Positions 25,440 through 37,864 of a DNA stretch of 63,496 bases are shown here, piece after piece (the stretch's first letter is position 1; every line of letters starts with the position of its first letter). The position numbers were made by a program, and so were the translations under genes. Source of the stretch: Mobula hypostoma. Taxonomy: Eukaryota. The notes beneath the pieces are model-generated. The model ran no database searches and was not told the DNA's origin. It worked only from the letters and a program-made list of their open reading frames with translations. The stretch covers positions 32,798,001-32,861,496 of the forward strand of contig NC_086106.1 in assembly GCF_963921235.1 (NCBI RefSeq), read 5' to 3'.

Positions 25440-26008
25440 AAGCTGCAAAATGAGTAAAACACTCTTGGATCACAGCGTACATCTTTGGTCACCGCACAAC
25501 AGCAGGATGTACCTACTTCCGACCAGCTGGAGGATGACGAAGAGACAATGGCTAGATGGCGCTATCTTCCATGCAATAAGGGACAGTGGGAGGAGATAGC
25601 GCATTAAACAGGAATGACAATTTGGTTAATAGCCAGGACGCATAGGTCTATGCTTAGGGGTCCACAGTCGATAGGTGGATTTTGGAGAGGGAGGGCTAGG
25701 GATAGCGACAAGAAGCGGCGGGAGGGGATGATGATTAATGGATTCATTCAAGGACTGCAGACTGTGGAATGCGATCAGGAAGGAAGGTGATGTGTAGAAC
25801 CAGAGAAGGGAGGGTGCTGACAACAAGAAGGAGAAAAGAGACTATGTGGGTATCGGGCAGATGGAAACGGGCCAGCTGGCGAAATAAACTGGGTAACAGG
25901 GCGACTGTGGTGGAGTGAAAGGTGCTTGCAAGAGAGATTGGTAGATCAGAAGGAGGGGGGAAACAGAGGAGTAAGGGTTACCTGACATCGGAGATTTCAG
26001 TGTTCATG
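25440..26008 (-). mobile_element. Penelope-like 3' fragment, strongly decayed
   Basis: MNTEISDVR* resembling MNIEFSNFR*, then purine-rich (plus-strand) UTR. Confidence 0.45.
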
Positions 26009-26039
26009 CTCTCTCTCTCTCTCTCTCTTTCCCCTGAAA

Positions 26040-26930
26040 AAATTATTTTGTGGCGATTGAGATCCTATCTCGAGGGAAATGCGGCCTCTCCTAATGTATC
26101 TCAACTGACCTGGTATCCATAGCAGTAACGGATCAGGTGGTCGTATTCGCCCAGGTCATCATCAACCTGCTCAGGGGGATGCATCTTCCGGGTAGTTTCC
26201 TGTCAGTCACTGCTGTGTGCGGTGTCACCAACTTGCTAACATTTGCAGCCAGTGTCAGTTCAGTCTGGTTAACGGACAGCTTTACTTTTGATTGATTGTT
26301 AGTTATTTGCTGCCAGAAACTTAAAACAAAATATTGCACCGATCGGATGACGGCAGTCGTTGTAGGGACGATCCATTCGCTGAGCTCTTTAACCGGCATT
26401 CCTTTTTAACGTCATACATGACCCGATTTATGGAGATTATAATGTACCGTGATGTTGCAGAATGAAGGAAATCCGCTATACTTCACCCGTGGGAATGGTA
26501 TCTGAGTGGTTGGACAGCATCACGTTCCCCTGTCTCCCGTTCCTTTTGATTTTGCTGGTCAATGCGCTGACGTTCAGGCAGATTCTGGCCACGAAGCAAG
26601 TCCGCCAGAGGTTCCAGGTTCAGAGCAGTTGAAGAACTCAGAGTGATCCGGAGATGGAAACCCAGAAAAAGTTAATCATTTTCCTGCTTTCCTTCTCGGG
26701 AAGTTTCATCCTGTTATTGATGACGTATATTATGCTGTTTCTGCGGGTGCCCGTTCTCAAAGACTACAACTTTCAATGACCCAATGACTCTCGGTTCATT
26801 CTGCGGGAAATCGGATACATGCTTCAGCTTCCGAGCTCCTGAACAAACCTACATTTATGCAGAGATCCGATCATTTCTAAATGGGTGAAACAAGGCGGCC
26901 AAGTATCAACTGAATCTCCTTTCTAACTTC
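26040..26930 (+). pseudogene. GPR139-like GPCR pseudogene, whole main exon
   Basis: VAIEILSRGKCGLS*CI, SSVWLT.SFTFD*, ICCQKLKTKYCT, PCLPFLLILLVNALT, SDPEMETQKK, SGSFIL, RFILREIGYMLQL; several stops and frameshifts; collinear with the 1533 gene. Confidence 0.9.
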
Positions 26931-27374
26931 TTTATTCCACGAAGGAGATAAAATGCAACATGAATTCTATTTCATTTAAATCGTAACTTCTTTAAAGATA
27001 GCAGTTGCGAAAGAATGGTCTTCTAATCTGAAGAGTTGCTAAATGAAAGCTTTCATTGGTTTGTGGTATCCTTAAGCCAATTACCATCTAAGGTTGGACT
27101 TCGGAGGTGTGGTATCCATCATATAGTACAGAAATCCTAAAATGCCAATGTCACAGTTTGCTGATAGGTAATCTGTCGGTATAATGCACAACCATCCATC
27201 TTACTGGAAGTTGACATTTCTGTATCAGTAAAGTGGAAATATCCTAGTTTACTGAGAGGTGACTTTCTGTTTCAGAAAGATACCTCTCACTTTTCCAACA
27301 GATGTCCTTCCTGTATCTTCTTACAACAGAAATAGAGCTCCCTGTTTATTGACATGGATCCTTACAGTAATGAT

Positions 27375-27865
27375 AACCAAGGAAGATTGGGGAAACTATA
27401 GAAAGGGTGCAGAGTAGATTTACAAGGATGTTGCCTGGATTGGGGAGCATGCTTTATGAGAATAGGTTGAGTGAATCCGCCTTATCTCCTTGGAGCGGAG
27501 GAAGATGAGAAGTGACCTGATAGAGGTGTATAAGATTATGAGAGGCATTGATCGTGTGGATAGTCAGAGCCTTTTCCCTCTATGGCTAACATGAGGGGGC
27601 ACAGTTTTAGGGTGCTTGGAAGTGGGTACAGTGGAGATGTCACAGAGGAGTTTTTTTACACAGAGAGTGGTGAGTGCGTGGAATGGGCTGCCAACGACGG
27701 TGGGGGACGTGGGTACAATAATAGGGTCTTTGAAGAGACTCCTGGATGAGTATAAAAATAGAGGGCTAGGGGTAACCTTAGTTAATTTCTAAGTAAGTAC
27801 ATGTTCGGCACAGCATTGTGGGCCGAAGGGCCTGTATTGTGCTGCACGTTTTCTATGTTTCTATC
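27375..27865 (+). mobile_element. CR1 3' fragment
   Basis: ERVQSRFTRMLPG-like sequence, FFTQRVV, (TTTCTATG) tail. Confidence 0.8.
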
Positions 27866-29825
27866 TAAGTCCACAATTAACCGCTATTTGCCTTCCTGGA
27901 CAACGGCAGAACCAACCGCATGTGGCCGACAGGTGGCTTTCCAATGCCACACGCAACGATCGTTATGTGGTAAACCACACTGTTGTACTACTGACAAAAA
28001 TGAACATCCTGTTGTGGCGTGATATCTACGTATCTACAAAAATGACAGGTGTTCCTTACTGGCACTGAAACTTGTCACCACTTTGTACGTTGAGACATTA
28101 CCGGTCATTTCAGTTTGGTGATTTGAAACTGACAGATATACTGTAAAATGCATTTAAACAAGATCTATGTAGGACTTGTCTTAAAGTAGGTCCTGTTTTA
28201 TGTTAGGTGCACATGCAGGGTAGCCTCTCGAACAACGTATGGTTGTTTATCTTATCTGGAATAATAATTTAAAAATCTTTTGTTGAACTTACTCTGGAAT
28301 CGGATAGTCTGCTTGATGTCGTTTCATTGAAGCAGCAAGGCTCATAATTCAAGAATATTGCCTCTGAAATGATAGCCAGGCACCACGCAGACACATACTG
28401 TCCTGGTCCAAACCATTCTCAATGTTTATTGCTTGTTTGTTTGTTTATTTATTTACTTTTTTTTCCTCAATTCATGCTGACAAAACCTGAGGTACGGACA
28501 CATTCATTTCTCAATTGCAGGAACTTTAGAACTATCCAAATGCTGTTTAGTACTGTGGCTTTCTGAACAATTACCTAAGTATTTCTGTGTAGACATAATT
28601 GTTTATTGTTATTGTGTCATGACTTTGGGATGATATCAGTTGTAGATATTACCATCGGGACAATGTATACTCTGTTCATGTTCCAAGTCTTTCAATTTCC
28701 TCTTTTAATTCAGCATATTTTTGGTGCTTTCCACTTCTTGATTTTTCTAAGTGTTTGGAATGGCTTTTAAGTTGCTCTTGCTTGTTTATCCTGTATTATT
28801 ACACCATTTGTGGGATTCTTGCAATTATAGTAAGGAATGGTTTATTTTTTGAGTTTGCATTTTAAAGCAAGATTTTTGTAATGTTGGTTTATTTTATTAT
28901 TATTTCTCTTTTATCTCTTTCCTTTTATATTTGCACAATTTGTTGTTTTGTCTTACATCGGTTGTTGTCCGTCTTGTTAAATGTGGTCGTTCATTGATGC
29001 TATTGTGTTTCTTGTATATAAGGTGATTGTCCACAAGAAAATGAATCTCAAGGTTCAATATAGTGATATATATGTAATGTGGTAATAAAATTACTTTGAA
29101 AGTCTGCCCCACCCTCTTTGACCTTCACCGTTTCGCCTGAAATATATAACATATATATTCATTGTTTTATTGTTAATTAAAATATAACAGAGACTGATTG
29201 AAATAAAGGGGTCATTTTAGTACACCTGTACAAAGACTGTTGACATTAATCTCTTAAAATAACATAAATTCTAAATCATATTGCTATTGCACCGCGTGTT
29301 TAAAATAATAAACATGAGAATTAAGTTATAAGATTTGGTGCAGAAAAGGCGAAGGAAAACAAACATTCGTTACCTCAATGAGACTTGCTGCTGCACTAAC
29401 GATATTTTACATCTGACTTTTATTTGGTTGTTTTGAGAATTTTGCATGCAACACGCTTCATCAGTCAGTGCTCCCCTACAATTAAAGTCGATCAAGTTCA
29501 TCACTGAATAGAATGACTCCAGTGAATATTCATGGTGTCGCTAAACTATATACAATAATTACCGTTTTTAATCTGTGAATATTCAGTGTCACTTACAAAT
29601 TACAGATGGAAAAATATAAGCAGAGCGAAGCCAAATCTAACTGGCTCAACCATGTACTATTCAAATACAGATGTGTTCACCAGGTCTGCGAGGATATCAA
29701 AACACATCACCCAACGCCACGCGTTTCCCCAGCCATCTAGCTGGCGTCAAGCCGGGATGTGATGTTTCCTGTGAATTTACAACTTGGGTTGTAAAATTAA
29801 CAGAAATTCGCTGCTTCATTTGTTA

Positions 29826-31505
29826 GTAAGCAGGTACAGGTATTTTGGAACTGTCTTCACTAGGGAAGACACAAACAATCTCCCAAATGTAATAGTGGCC
29901 AAAGGACCTAGGGTAATGGATGAATTGAAGGAAATTTATATTAGGCAGGAAATGGTGTTGGATAGGCTGTTGTGTCTGAAGGCTGATAAGTCCCCGGGAC
30001 CTGATGGTCTGCATCCCAGGATACTTAAGGAGGTGGCTTTAGAAATCGTGGACGCATTGGTAATCATTTTCCAATGTTCTATAGATTCAGGATCAGTTCC
30101 TGTGGATTGGAAGGTGGCTAATGTTGTCCCTCTCTTCAAGAAGGGAGGAAGAGAGAAAACAGGGAATTATAGACCGGTTAGCCTGACGTCGGTTATGGGA
30201 AAGATGCTGGAGTCAATTATAAAAGATGAAATTACGACAAATCTGGATAGCAGTAACAGGATTGGTCCGAGTCAGCATGGAGTTACGAAGGGGAAATCAT
30301 GCTTGACTAATCTTCTGGAATTTTTTGAGGATGTAACTATGAAAATGGACAAGGGAGAGCCAGTGGATATAGTGTACCTGGACTTTCAGAAAGCCATTGA
30401 TAAAGTCCCACATAGGAGATTAGTGGGCAAAATTAGGGCACATGGTATTGGGGGCAGAGTACTGACATGGATTGAAAATTGGCTGGCTGACAGAAAACAA
30501 GGAGTAGCGATTAATGGGTCCCTTTTCGTTTGGCAGGCGGTGACCAGTGGGGTACAGCAGGTTTCAGTGCTGGGACCGCAGCTGTTTACAATACATATTA
30601 ATGATTTAGATGAGGGAATTAAAAGTAACATTAGCAAATCTGCCGATGACACAAAGCTGGGTGGCAGTGTGAGATGTGAGGAGGATGTTATGAGAATGCA
30701 GGGTGACTTGGACAGGCTGGATAAGTGGGCAGATGCATGGCAGATGCAGCTTAATGTGGATAAATGTGAGGTTATCCACTTTGGTGGTAAGAACGGGAAG
30801 GCAGATTATTATCTAAATGGAGTCAAGTTAGGAAAAGGGGAAGCACAACGAGATCTAGGTGTTCTTGTACATCAGTCACTGAAAACAAGCATGCAATACA
30901 GCAGGCAGTGAAGAAAGCTAATGGCATGCTGGCCTTCATAACAAGGGGAATTGAGTATAAGAGCAAAGTGGTCCTTCTGCAGCCGTACAGGCCCCTGGTG
31001 AGACCACACCTGGAATACTGTGTGCAGTTTTGGTCTCCAAATTTGAGGAAGGACATTCTTGCTATTGAGGGAGTGCAGCGTAGGTTCACAAGATTAATTC
31101 CCGGGATGGCGAGACTGTCATTTGTCAATATAAGATTATTAAGGGATTGGACACGCTGGAGGCAGGAAGCATGTTCCCGCTGATGGGTGCGTCCAGAACC
31201 AGAGGCCACAGTTTAAGAATTAGGGGTAGGCCATTTAGAACGGAGTTGAGGAAAAACTTTTTCACCCAGAGAGTGGTGGATATATGGAATGCTCTGCCCC
31301 AGAAGCCTGTGGAGGCCAAGTCTCTGGATGCTTTCAAGAAAGAGATGGATAGAGATCTTAAAGATAGCGGAATCAAAGGTAATGGGGATAAGGCAGGAAC
31401 TAGATACTGATTGGGGATGATCAGCCATGATCACAGTGAATGGCGGTGCTGGCTCGAAGGGCCGGATGGCCTACTCCTGCACCTATTGTCTATTGTCTAT
31501 TGCTT
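29826..31505 (+). mobile_element. CR1 LINE, 5'-truncated RT
   Basis: KSPGPDGLHPRILKE, YLDFQKAIDKVPH, GVQQVSVLGP, ADDTKLGG; (CTATTGT)n tail. Confidence 0.92.
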
Positions 31506-31514
31506 ATTGAGCAC

Positions 31515-31790
31515 TTTTTCTATGATCTTAGTTACTTATCTTTCTTCCTCTGGTGTTACGGCAGCAATGAACGTCTTCCACTTCCGTCTGGCCGATGGAT
31601 TATTTATCGTTGTTTTCGTAATAATTCTGCTTGACCAGGAAGGGTTGTTAGACCTTAGGTGGATCACCCTTAGTCTGGCTGCTACCCTTCGACCTGGTTT
31701 AGCATGGGTGAACCCCACCAAGAGACAAAACATAAAGCCCTGTCAAAAAAGCTCTCCGGGTCATTGAGGCACGACAGGATTATTGTCCTT
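31515..31790 (-). mobile_element. short internally deleted RTE-type derivative (5' UTR joined to 3' end)
   Basis: Minus strand GTGCCTCAATGACCCGGAGAGC...GGGGTTCACCCATGCTAAAC (RTE/Expander-like 5' end) followed by ARRKWKTFIAAV* and a TAAG/TAAC tail. Confidence 0.5.
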
Positions 31791-33411
31791 TTGGAGGAAC
31801 CTTTCTATTATGGTTTAAAGAATCGAGGGGCGGCACTGCATGCTGGGTGCCAACAAGATGTTTGTACCTGCCATTGTGGGCTCCCGTGCCATAGCTTTGC
31901 CATTCCTAATAATTCAAAGATCTTCAGTCCGTGGCCAATTAACCGAAATAAATCATGATGTATCTTAGATTCAGGTTGGTTCGCCTGTATGGTTCGCAGT
32001 TCCTAAAAATTAATCTAATAATTAAAAAAAAACGGTGCTACATTTCTATAAACTTGATGTGGTCTTTCTCCCATCGATACCTATCGGTTTTTATACTATT
32101 TTCTAACAGAATTCAACTCCTGATCATTTTAAGTATAGTAAGCCATGTTGTTCCCTGTCCACATGTTCGCTTCGTCTGTCGCTCATGGCAAATTCGTGCT
32201 ATTTTAGTTTAAGTCCGTGTTTTAACAATTATATCGCTTATTAATATGCATAATGTTATATCTGACATCAAAGGCTCAACACTAATTCGATCGAGCCACG
32301 TTAAAAGCATATTTTACCTCTTAAAATCCACTGTTTTTAATGGGGAGGGAGATCATTTATTGATTGCTTTGCATCTTATTTTAAATTCTAGATTAATTCA
32401 TCAAAAGTATTTTACTGTGTTACAGCCTTAAAATTTCAAGTGTGTCTTTCACCTTGTGGCTTAGGCTTCTTCGCATATTCAGATATAATTCCGTTTTCCA
32501 GTACTAGTCTGACCTGTTATTATTTACCAACACCTGCTAATGACCTACCAATACACAGTCATATCTGCTGCACGTAACTGAACACTGCCCTTTGTCAACG
32601 AATCACAGAATAATAGGCAGAGGGGCGAACGCTCCTTCTAATATATTGCTGCATTCCATAGCTAAATATAGAATCCGCACAGCAACAAATAAAGCATATT
32701 ATATTGCAGTTCAATTCCCGCCGTGGCATTTCAAATGTACTCAAATACAGCATAAATATATGCCTTATGAGTACAAATGCTTTGGATTAGATTGTTATCT
32801 GAACTCGAGATCAATTCAAATAGCTAATACAGCACCTTAGGCTCGTTTCCGTACATTAAAACAAGTCAGAATCTATTTTGAGCACATCTTTTTGATTATT
32901 ACATTATTCTCATATTGTTAGCAAAATATTACTCTCTAGAAAAAAAAGTCAGGTTTATATGTGAACGCATAGACATTAACTGACCCTCTAAACTACACAG
33001 ACTAGCCTGATGAAATTTTGATGAAAAGGTGTGCCAAAATAACATCTGGTAATAAACCGTCATTGAATAAGTTTTATTCTGGTAAGTACGATCCCAAACA
33101 TCTTTTGAAAGTTTGTCCATTAGTGGTATTTCAATTCTGTGAACTGTAACGCTTCAAACTGAGATTCAGTGACCTTACCTCGCCGTTGAGTTCGCTTGAA
33201 ACCTTAACGTGGCTAAATGAGTAATGGTTGGTTTAAGAGCTGATAAAGCAACACAAAGAAAGCGGAAAAAACTTTCGGGCAACCTGTTTCCACAGAGCTC
33301 ATTGTTGAGAGATATTAAAGGAGTGCAGCTTAAGGCTTGCGGAAATGGCTGTTAATCTTCTCTCTCACAGACGATAGTCTCCTCTGGTTTAATCTTTCTC
33401 GAAGGATACCT

Positions 33412-33450
33412 AGTATTTGTACAGACTCCGACGTCTCTTGCTTCTCTGTG
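33412..33450 (-). promoter_or_regulatory. 23-bp-spacer recombination signal sequence of V1
   Basis: CACAGAG + 23 nt (AAGCAAGAGACGTCGGAGTCTGT) + ACAAATACT directly after YFCAV. Confidence 0.9.
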
Positions 33451-33721
33451 TGTACTGCACAGAAGTAAGTTCCGGTGTCTGTCGGGCGTAAGGACGAGAT
33501 GGTTAAAGAACTACGGCTCTCTGAACTCTGACGAGTAGCTGTAAATCGACCACTGTATTCTTCCTTCTCCGACGCCATTATCAGGAATTCCGGTGCTTCG
33601 TCTGGATGCTGCACAAACCAATACATCTCCGAGAATGGGATGGTCGCTTCACAATGCATCACCATGGTCTTCCCCTCGCTGGGAGCTTGCGATGGAGACG
33701 ATTGCACCAGGTTTTCCTCAC
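33451..33721 (-). CDS. TCR alpha/delta-like variable segment V1, V exon
   Basis: Acceptor TTGTTCTAG; EENLVQSS..EGKTMVMHC, MYWFVQHPDEAPEFLI, GRF, SLTISSLRPTDTGTYFCAV: both Ig cysteines, the tryptophan and the DxGxYxC motif; open frame; followed by an RSS. Confidence 0.9.
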
Positions 33722-34070
33722 CTAGAACAACCAGCGTCATTAATGGGTGAAATACGACCAGATGTCTCCAAAATGTATTTAACGGATATGGGAACGTACA
33801 ATACTAAGCACCAAGGGCCCCATAACCTTTGGAGTCCTGATGATAATAAACGGTCAAAATGTGTACGAATTATCAATTGAATCCCTGAATATAAATCGTT
33901 GCCTTTTGAAGAAGGGTTAACATCACCACGCCATATTTCAGGATTCTGACCGGTGGGGTAAATTTCCATTTCAAAGATTTAACCAGGGTTACCCATCTTG
34001 AAAATTTAAGCAAGCTGAGTTCTTTCCATCGATTTGAAAGGTGACCGTTGATGTGCCCCTTGATGGATAC

Positions 34071-34113
34071 CTCTGAAAGCAGTGACATACAGAACGCACT
34101 CTGGATAGGACAT
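34071..34113 (-). CDS. leader exon of V1
   Basis: ATG..MSYPECVLYVTAFR + G|GTATCC, phase 1, in frame with the V exon across a 349-nt intron. Confidence 0.7.
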
Positions 34114-34299
34114 GGTTAACTGAAAATTCAAGGTGAGAGATTGCTTTCCTTTAGAGCACGTTAGTGTCCGGGGGTGGGGGAGAGTGCTGATAGTTGTCTT
34201 GGGATACAAGAAAGTTGATAAACCGCAGGGTCAGTGGTTCCTGTAGCTGGACAAATCAGTGTTCATGTCAGTGGTGAGGACTTTTCAACATTAGGAATT

Positions 34300-35365
34300 A
34301 GTAAGGCATTTAATAACAGTGGTCTCATCTAGAGAGTTAGAACCTATGTAACTAGGGAAGGCTGGCACTCGACCGGAAATTTACTTAGGAATTGGAAGCA
34401 GAGGGTGGAAGTGCTGGGCTTTTTTTCCGATTGCAAACCCGTGGCCAATCGTGTCCGATAACAATTGTTGCCAGCCTTGTTGTGGTTAAAATATGCACTA
34501 ACCAGTTAGGGGTCAATGTAGGAGGCATGATAAGCAAGGTTGAAGACAGTATGAATATTAGAAGTGTTCTAGATGGTAATGAAGGTTACAACTTGTGGTA
34601 GAGCAGTTAGAAAGTTGGGTGGAACAGTGGTACGTTGAAATTAACCTGACAAATGCAAGGTTATGCATTTCGGGAGGGCAGACAAGGGCAGGGCGTGCAC
34701 AGTAAAGGGTAGGCCCAAGGGAGTATTGATGAACGGAGGAATCTTGTAGTTCAAATCCATTGGAATATTTTATTACATTGTCCGTGGCACAGACGATAAG
34801 AGTCTGGATGTTATGTTACGACCTCATAAAACATCGATTAGGCCGCACCGAGAGCACTGCGTGCAATTCTCGCCGATGTATTATAGGAAGGATGGGGTAG
34901 CGCTGAACAGGTTGGAGGAGACATTTACCTAGCTTGCAATATTTTAGCTATAAGAAGAGAATGAATTGTAAGGATAGGTTAGGTGCTTTTTTCCCGGTGC
35001 AAGGGAGGGCGAAGGGTGAGCTGACGGAGATATATAAAATTACGAAAAGGATATGTGAAACAGATAGTACATTTCCCTGTGATCAGTGAGCTCAAGCCAG
35101 GCGGCCATATATTTAAGGTGAAAGGTAGAAGGTTTAGCGAAATCAGGGTTTTATTTCACACACAACGTGATTGCAGTCCGCAATGCGCTGCCTGAAAATG
35201 TGACGGAGGCAGATAGTCACGCGACATCTTAGCAGGTACTTGAATCTTTAAGGCGCAGACGCCCACGCGTTTGATATAAGTAAATGGGATCAGTGTAGGG
35301 CAGCAAGGACATGGCCTGCCGGAGGTACATTTGTCTGCTGTTCGTCTGTGTGACTCTATGAAACT
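34300..35365 (+). mobile_element. CR1 fragment, strongly decayed
   Basis: Degenerate RT and 3'-end motifs (DKCKVMHFG-like, FISHNV-like). Confidence 0.55.
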
Positions 35366-35773
35366 GAACTATATATATAGAACTATATATGTAAAATGGA
35401 GCAAAAGCTATGGCGAAGGTAAAAAGAAACTTCCTCTTCCAGCAGCCGTTTGGATGGAGAAGGTTGAGAGGGTTTCTAAGCCGTTTGACCTGCTTCTGTG
35501 TGCAGCTTTATGAACTAATAGCTTCACAGTTCCGAGGGGGAACATTCGAGATATATATTAAAGCTTTTGTAGCAAACATTGTCACTCATTTAAATTGTAA
35601 TTTCAAATTTATATGTTCTTGCGTTTTATTCCGTGTATGTGGGAAATGATTCCTATCGAAATGCGTTTTAATGTTCCACAAATATCAATTGCCTCATCCC
35701 ACATCCAGCTATTATTCTATGCCTTGGTGTGGTTCTACAGAATCTGTGCTATGGTTCCTAGGCAATATAATCA

Positions 35774-37363
35774 ACACTCACAACAAGCTGGAGGAACTCA
35801 CCAGGTCGGGCAGCATCCGTGGAAACGATCAGTCAACGTTTCGGGCCGGAACCCTTCGTCAGGACTGAAGAGGGAAGGGGCAGAGGCCCTATAAAGAAGG
35901 TGGGGGGAGGGTGGGAAGGAGAAGGCTGGTAGGTTCCAGGTGAAAAACCAGTAAGGGGAAAGATAAAGGGGTGGGGGAGGGGAGGCAGGGAGGGGATAGG
36001 CAGGAAAGGTGAAGAAGGAATAGGGGAAAACACAATGGGTAGTAGAAGGAGGCGGAACCAAGAGGGAGGTGATAGGCAGCTGGAAGAGGGGGCAGAGTGA
36101 AATAGGGATAGGGAAGGGAGGGGGAGGGAATTACCGGAAGTTGGAGAATTCTATGTTCATACCAAGGGGCTGGAAACTACCTAGACGGTATATGAGGTGT
36201 GGCGCCTCCAACCTGAGGTTAGCCTCATCATGGCAATAGAGGAGGCCATCTATGGACATATCTGAATGGGAATATGAAGCAGAGTTGAGGTGGGTGACAA
36301 CCGGGAGATCCTATCTGTTGTGGCGGACGGAGCGGAGGTGCTCGACGAAGCGGTCCCCCAATCTGCGTCGGGTTTCACCGATGTAGAGGAGGCCACACCG
36401 GATGCAATAGATAACCCCAACAGACTCACAAGTGAAGTGTTGCCTCACCTGGAAGGACTGTTTGGTGCCCTGAATGGTGGCAAGAGAGGAGGTGTAGGGA
36501 CAGGTGTAGCACTTACGCTTACACGGATAAGTGCCGGGTAGGAGATCCATGGGGAGGGATGTGTGGATCAGGGAGTCGTGGAGGGAACGATCCCTGCAGA
36601 AAGCGGAGAGGGGTGGAGAGAGAAAGATGTGCTTAGTGGGGTGGGGGGGGGGGTCCTGTTGAAGGTGGCGGAAGTTGCGGAGGATAATGTGCTGGATCCG
36701 GAGGCTGGTGTGGTGGTAGATGAGGACCAGGGGAACTCTGTCCCTGTTGCGGTGGCGGGAGGATGGGGTGAGGGCCGAAGTGCGGGAAATGGAGGAGATG
36801 CGGGACGGGGCATCATTGATGAAGGCAGAAGGGAAACCGCGATCCTCAAAGAAAGAGGACATTTGAGATGTCCTGGAACGGAAAGCCTCATCCTGGGAGC
36901 AGATGCGGCGGAGACGGAGGAACTGGAAATAGGGAATGGCATTTTTGCATGTGGCGGGGTGGGAAGAGGTATAGTCGAGGTAGTTATGAGAGTCAGTAGG
37001 CTTGTAGAAGATGTCACTGGACAGAATGTCTCCAGAGATGGAGACCAAGACATCGAGAAAGGGGAGAGAAGTGTCCGAGATAGAGCAAGTGAATTTGAGG
37101 GCTGGGTGGAAGTTAGAAGCAAAGTCGATGAAATTGACGAGCTCAGCATGGGTGCAGGAAGCAGCACCAATGTAGTCGTCAATGTAGCGAAGGAAAAGTT
37201 GGGGAGCAGTACCAGAATAGGTTTGGAGCACAGACTGTTCCAACGAAGAGGCAGGCATAGCTGGGACCCATGCGAGTGTCCATAGCTACACCCTTGCGCC
37301 ACTCTCCTTGCCATGCGAAGATACCTACGGGCGCTGTCCCTCTTTCTACCGGTGCCACGCCCG
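35774..37363 (-). mobile_element. Penelope-like element, 5'-truncated, RT plus GIY-YIG plus pLTR
   Basis: GVAMDTRMGPSYA, FLRYIDD, LPFLD, YKPTDSH, VIYCIRCGLLYIGETRRRLGDRFVEH; 15-bp TAGGCAATATAATCA duplication (35759-35773, 37364-37378). Confidence 0.93.
35830..35867 (-). ncRNA. minimal hammerhead ribozyme motif
   Basis: CAGTC-CTGACGA-A-GGG(TTCCGG)CCC-GAAAC-GTT|GACTG. Confidence 0.65.
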
Positions 37364-37812
37364 TAGGCAATATAATCATCTTGATGTGCAGTGACCAGGT
37401 CTGTATGTTGTGCGCCAGATGGGGCCTTGCACAAAACACAAGGTTCGAAATAGAAACTGAAAATGCTGGAAATATTTAGACGGTCGGGCAGCGTCCGGTG
37501 AAGGAAAAACACATTTAAAATTTCAGGGCAACCATACTTCATCAGATTTGCTGTTCTGAGTCACAGGATACTACAGATTATAGAGCATAGAGAATATACA
37601 GCAACAAATGATCTTCCAATGGAATTAAACAGGTAGAGCAACATCTATGGAGGGGGTAGGAACTACCGAAGTTCTGGGTCTTAATCCTACATCAGATCGC
37701 AGTTTGATGAGAAACATTTTGTTCCTCTATCCGAGTCATTATTAAATTTAACAGTAACTAATCATATCTTAACATGACCGTCTTGTGTAAGCTTTCATAT
37801 TTCAGTACTTAC

Positions 37813-37864
37813 ATCTCATAAAACTGATTCTAATAGCGAATACTAATCCGAAAATGTTCAGCAT
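37813..37864 (-). other. leader-like exon with no V exon found
   Basis: ATG..MLNIFGLVFAIRISFMR + T|GTAAGT, perfect donor, phase 1, 52 nt. Confidence 0.35.

Noticed and set aside
27900-28040. TxxYY*-like end followed by CATCCTG..ACAAAAATG as a V relic
   Set aside because: Spacer is 24, the heptamer lacks CAC, and the upstream frame is about 9 residues short; chance cannot be excluded.
36563-37542. 240-aa and 324-aa ORFs
   Set aside because: Antisense or alternate frames of the Penelope element.
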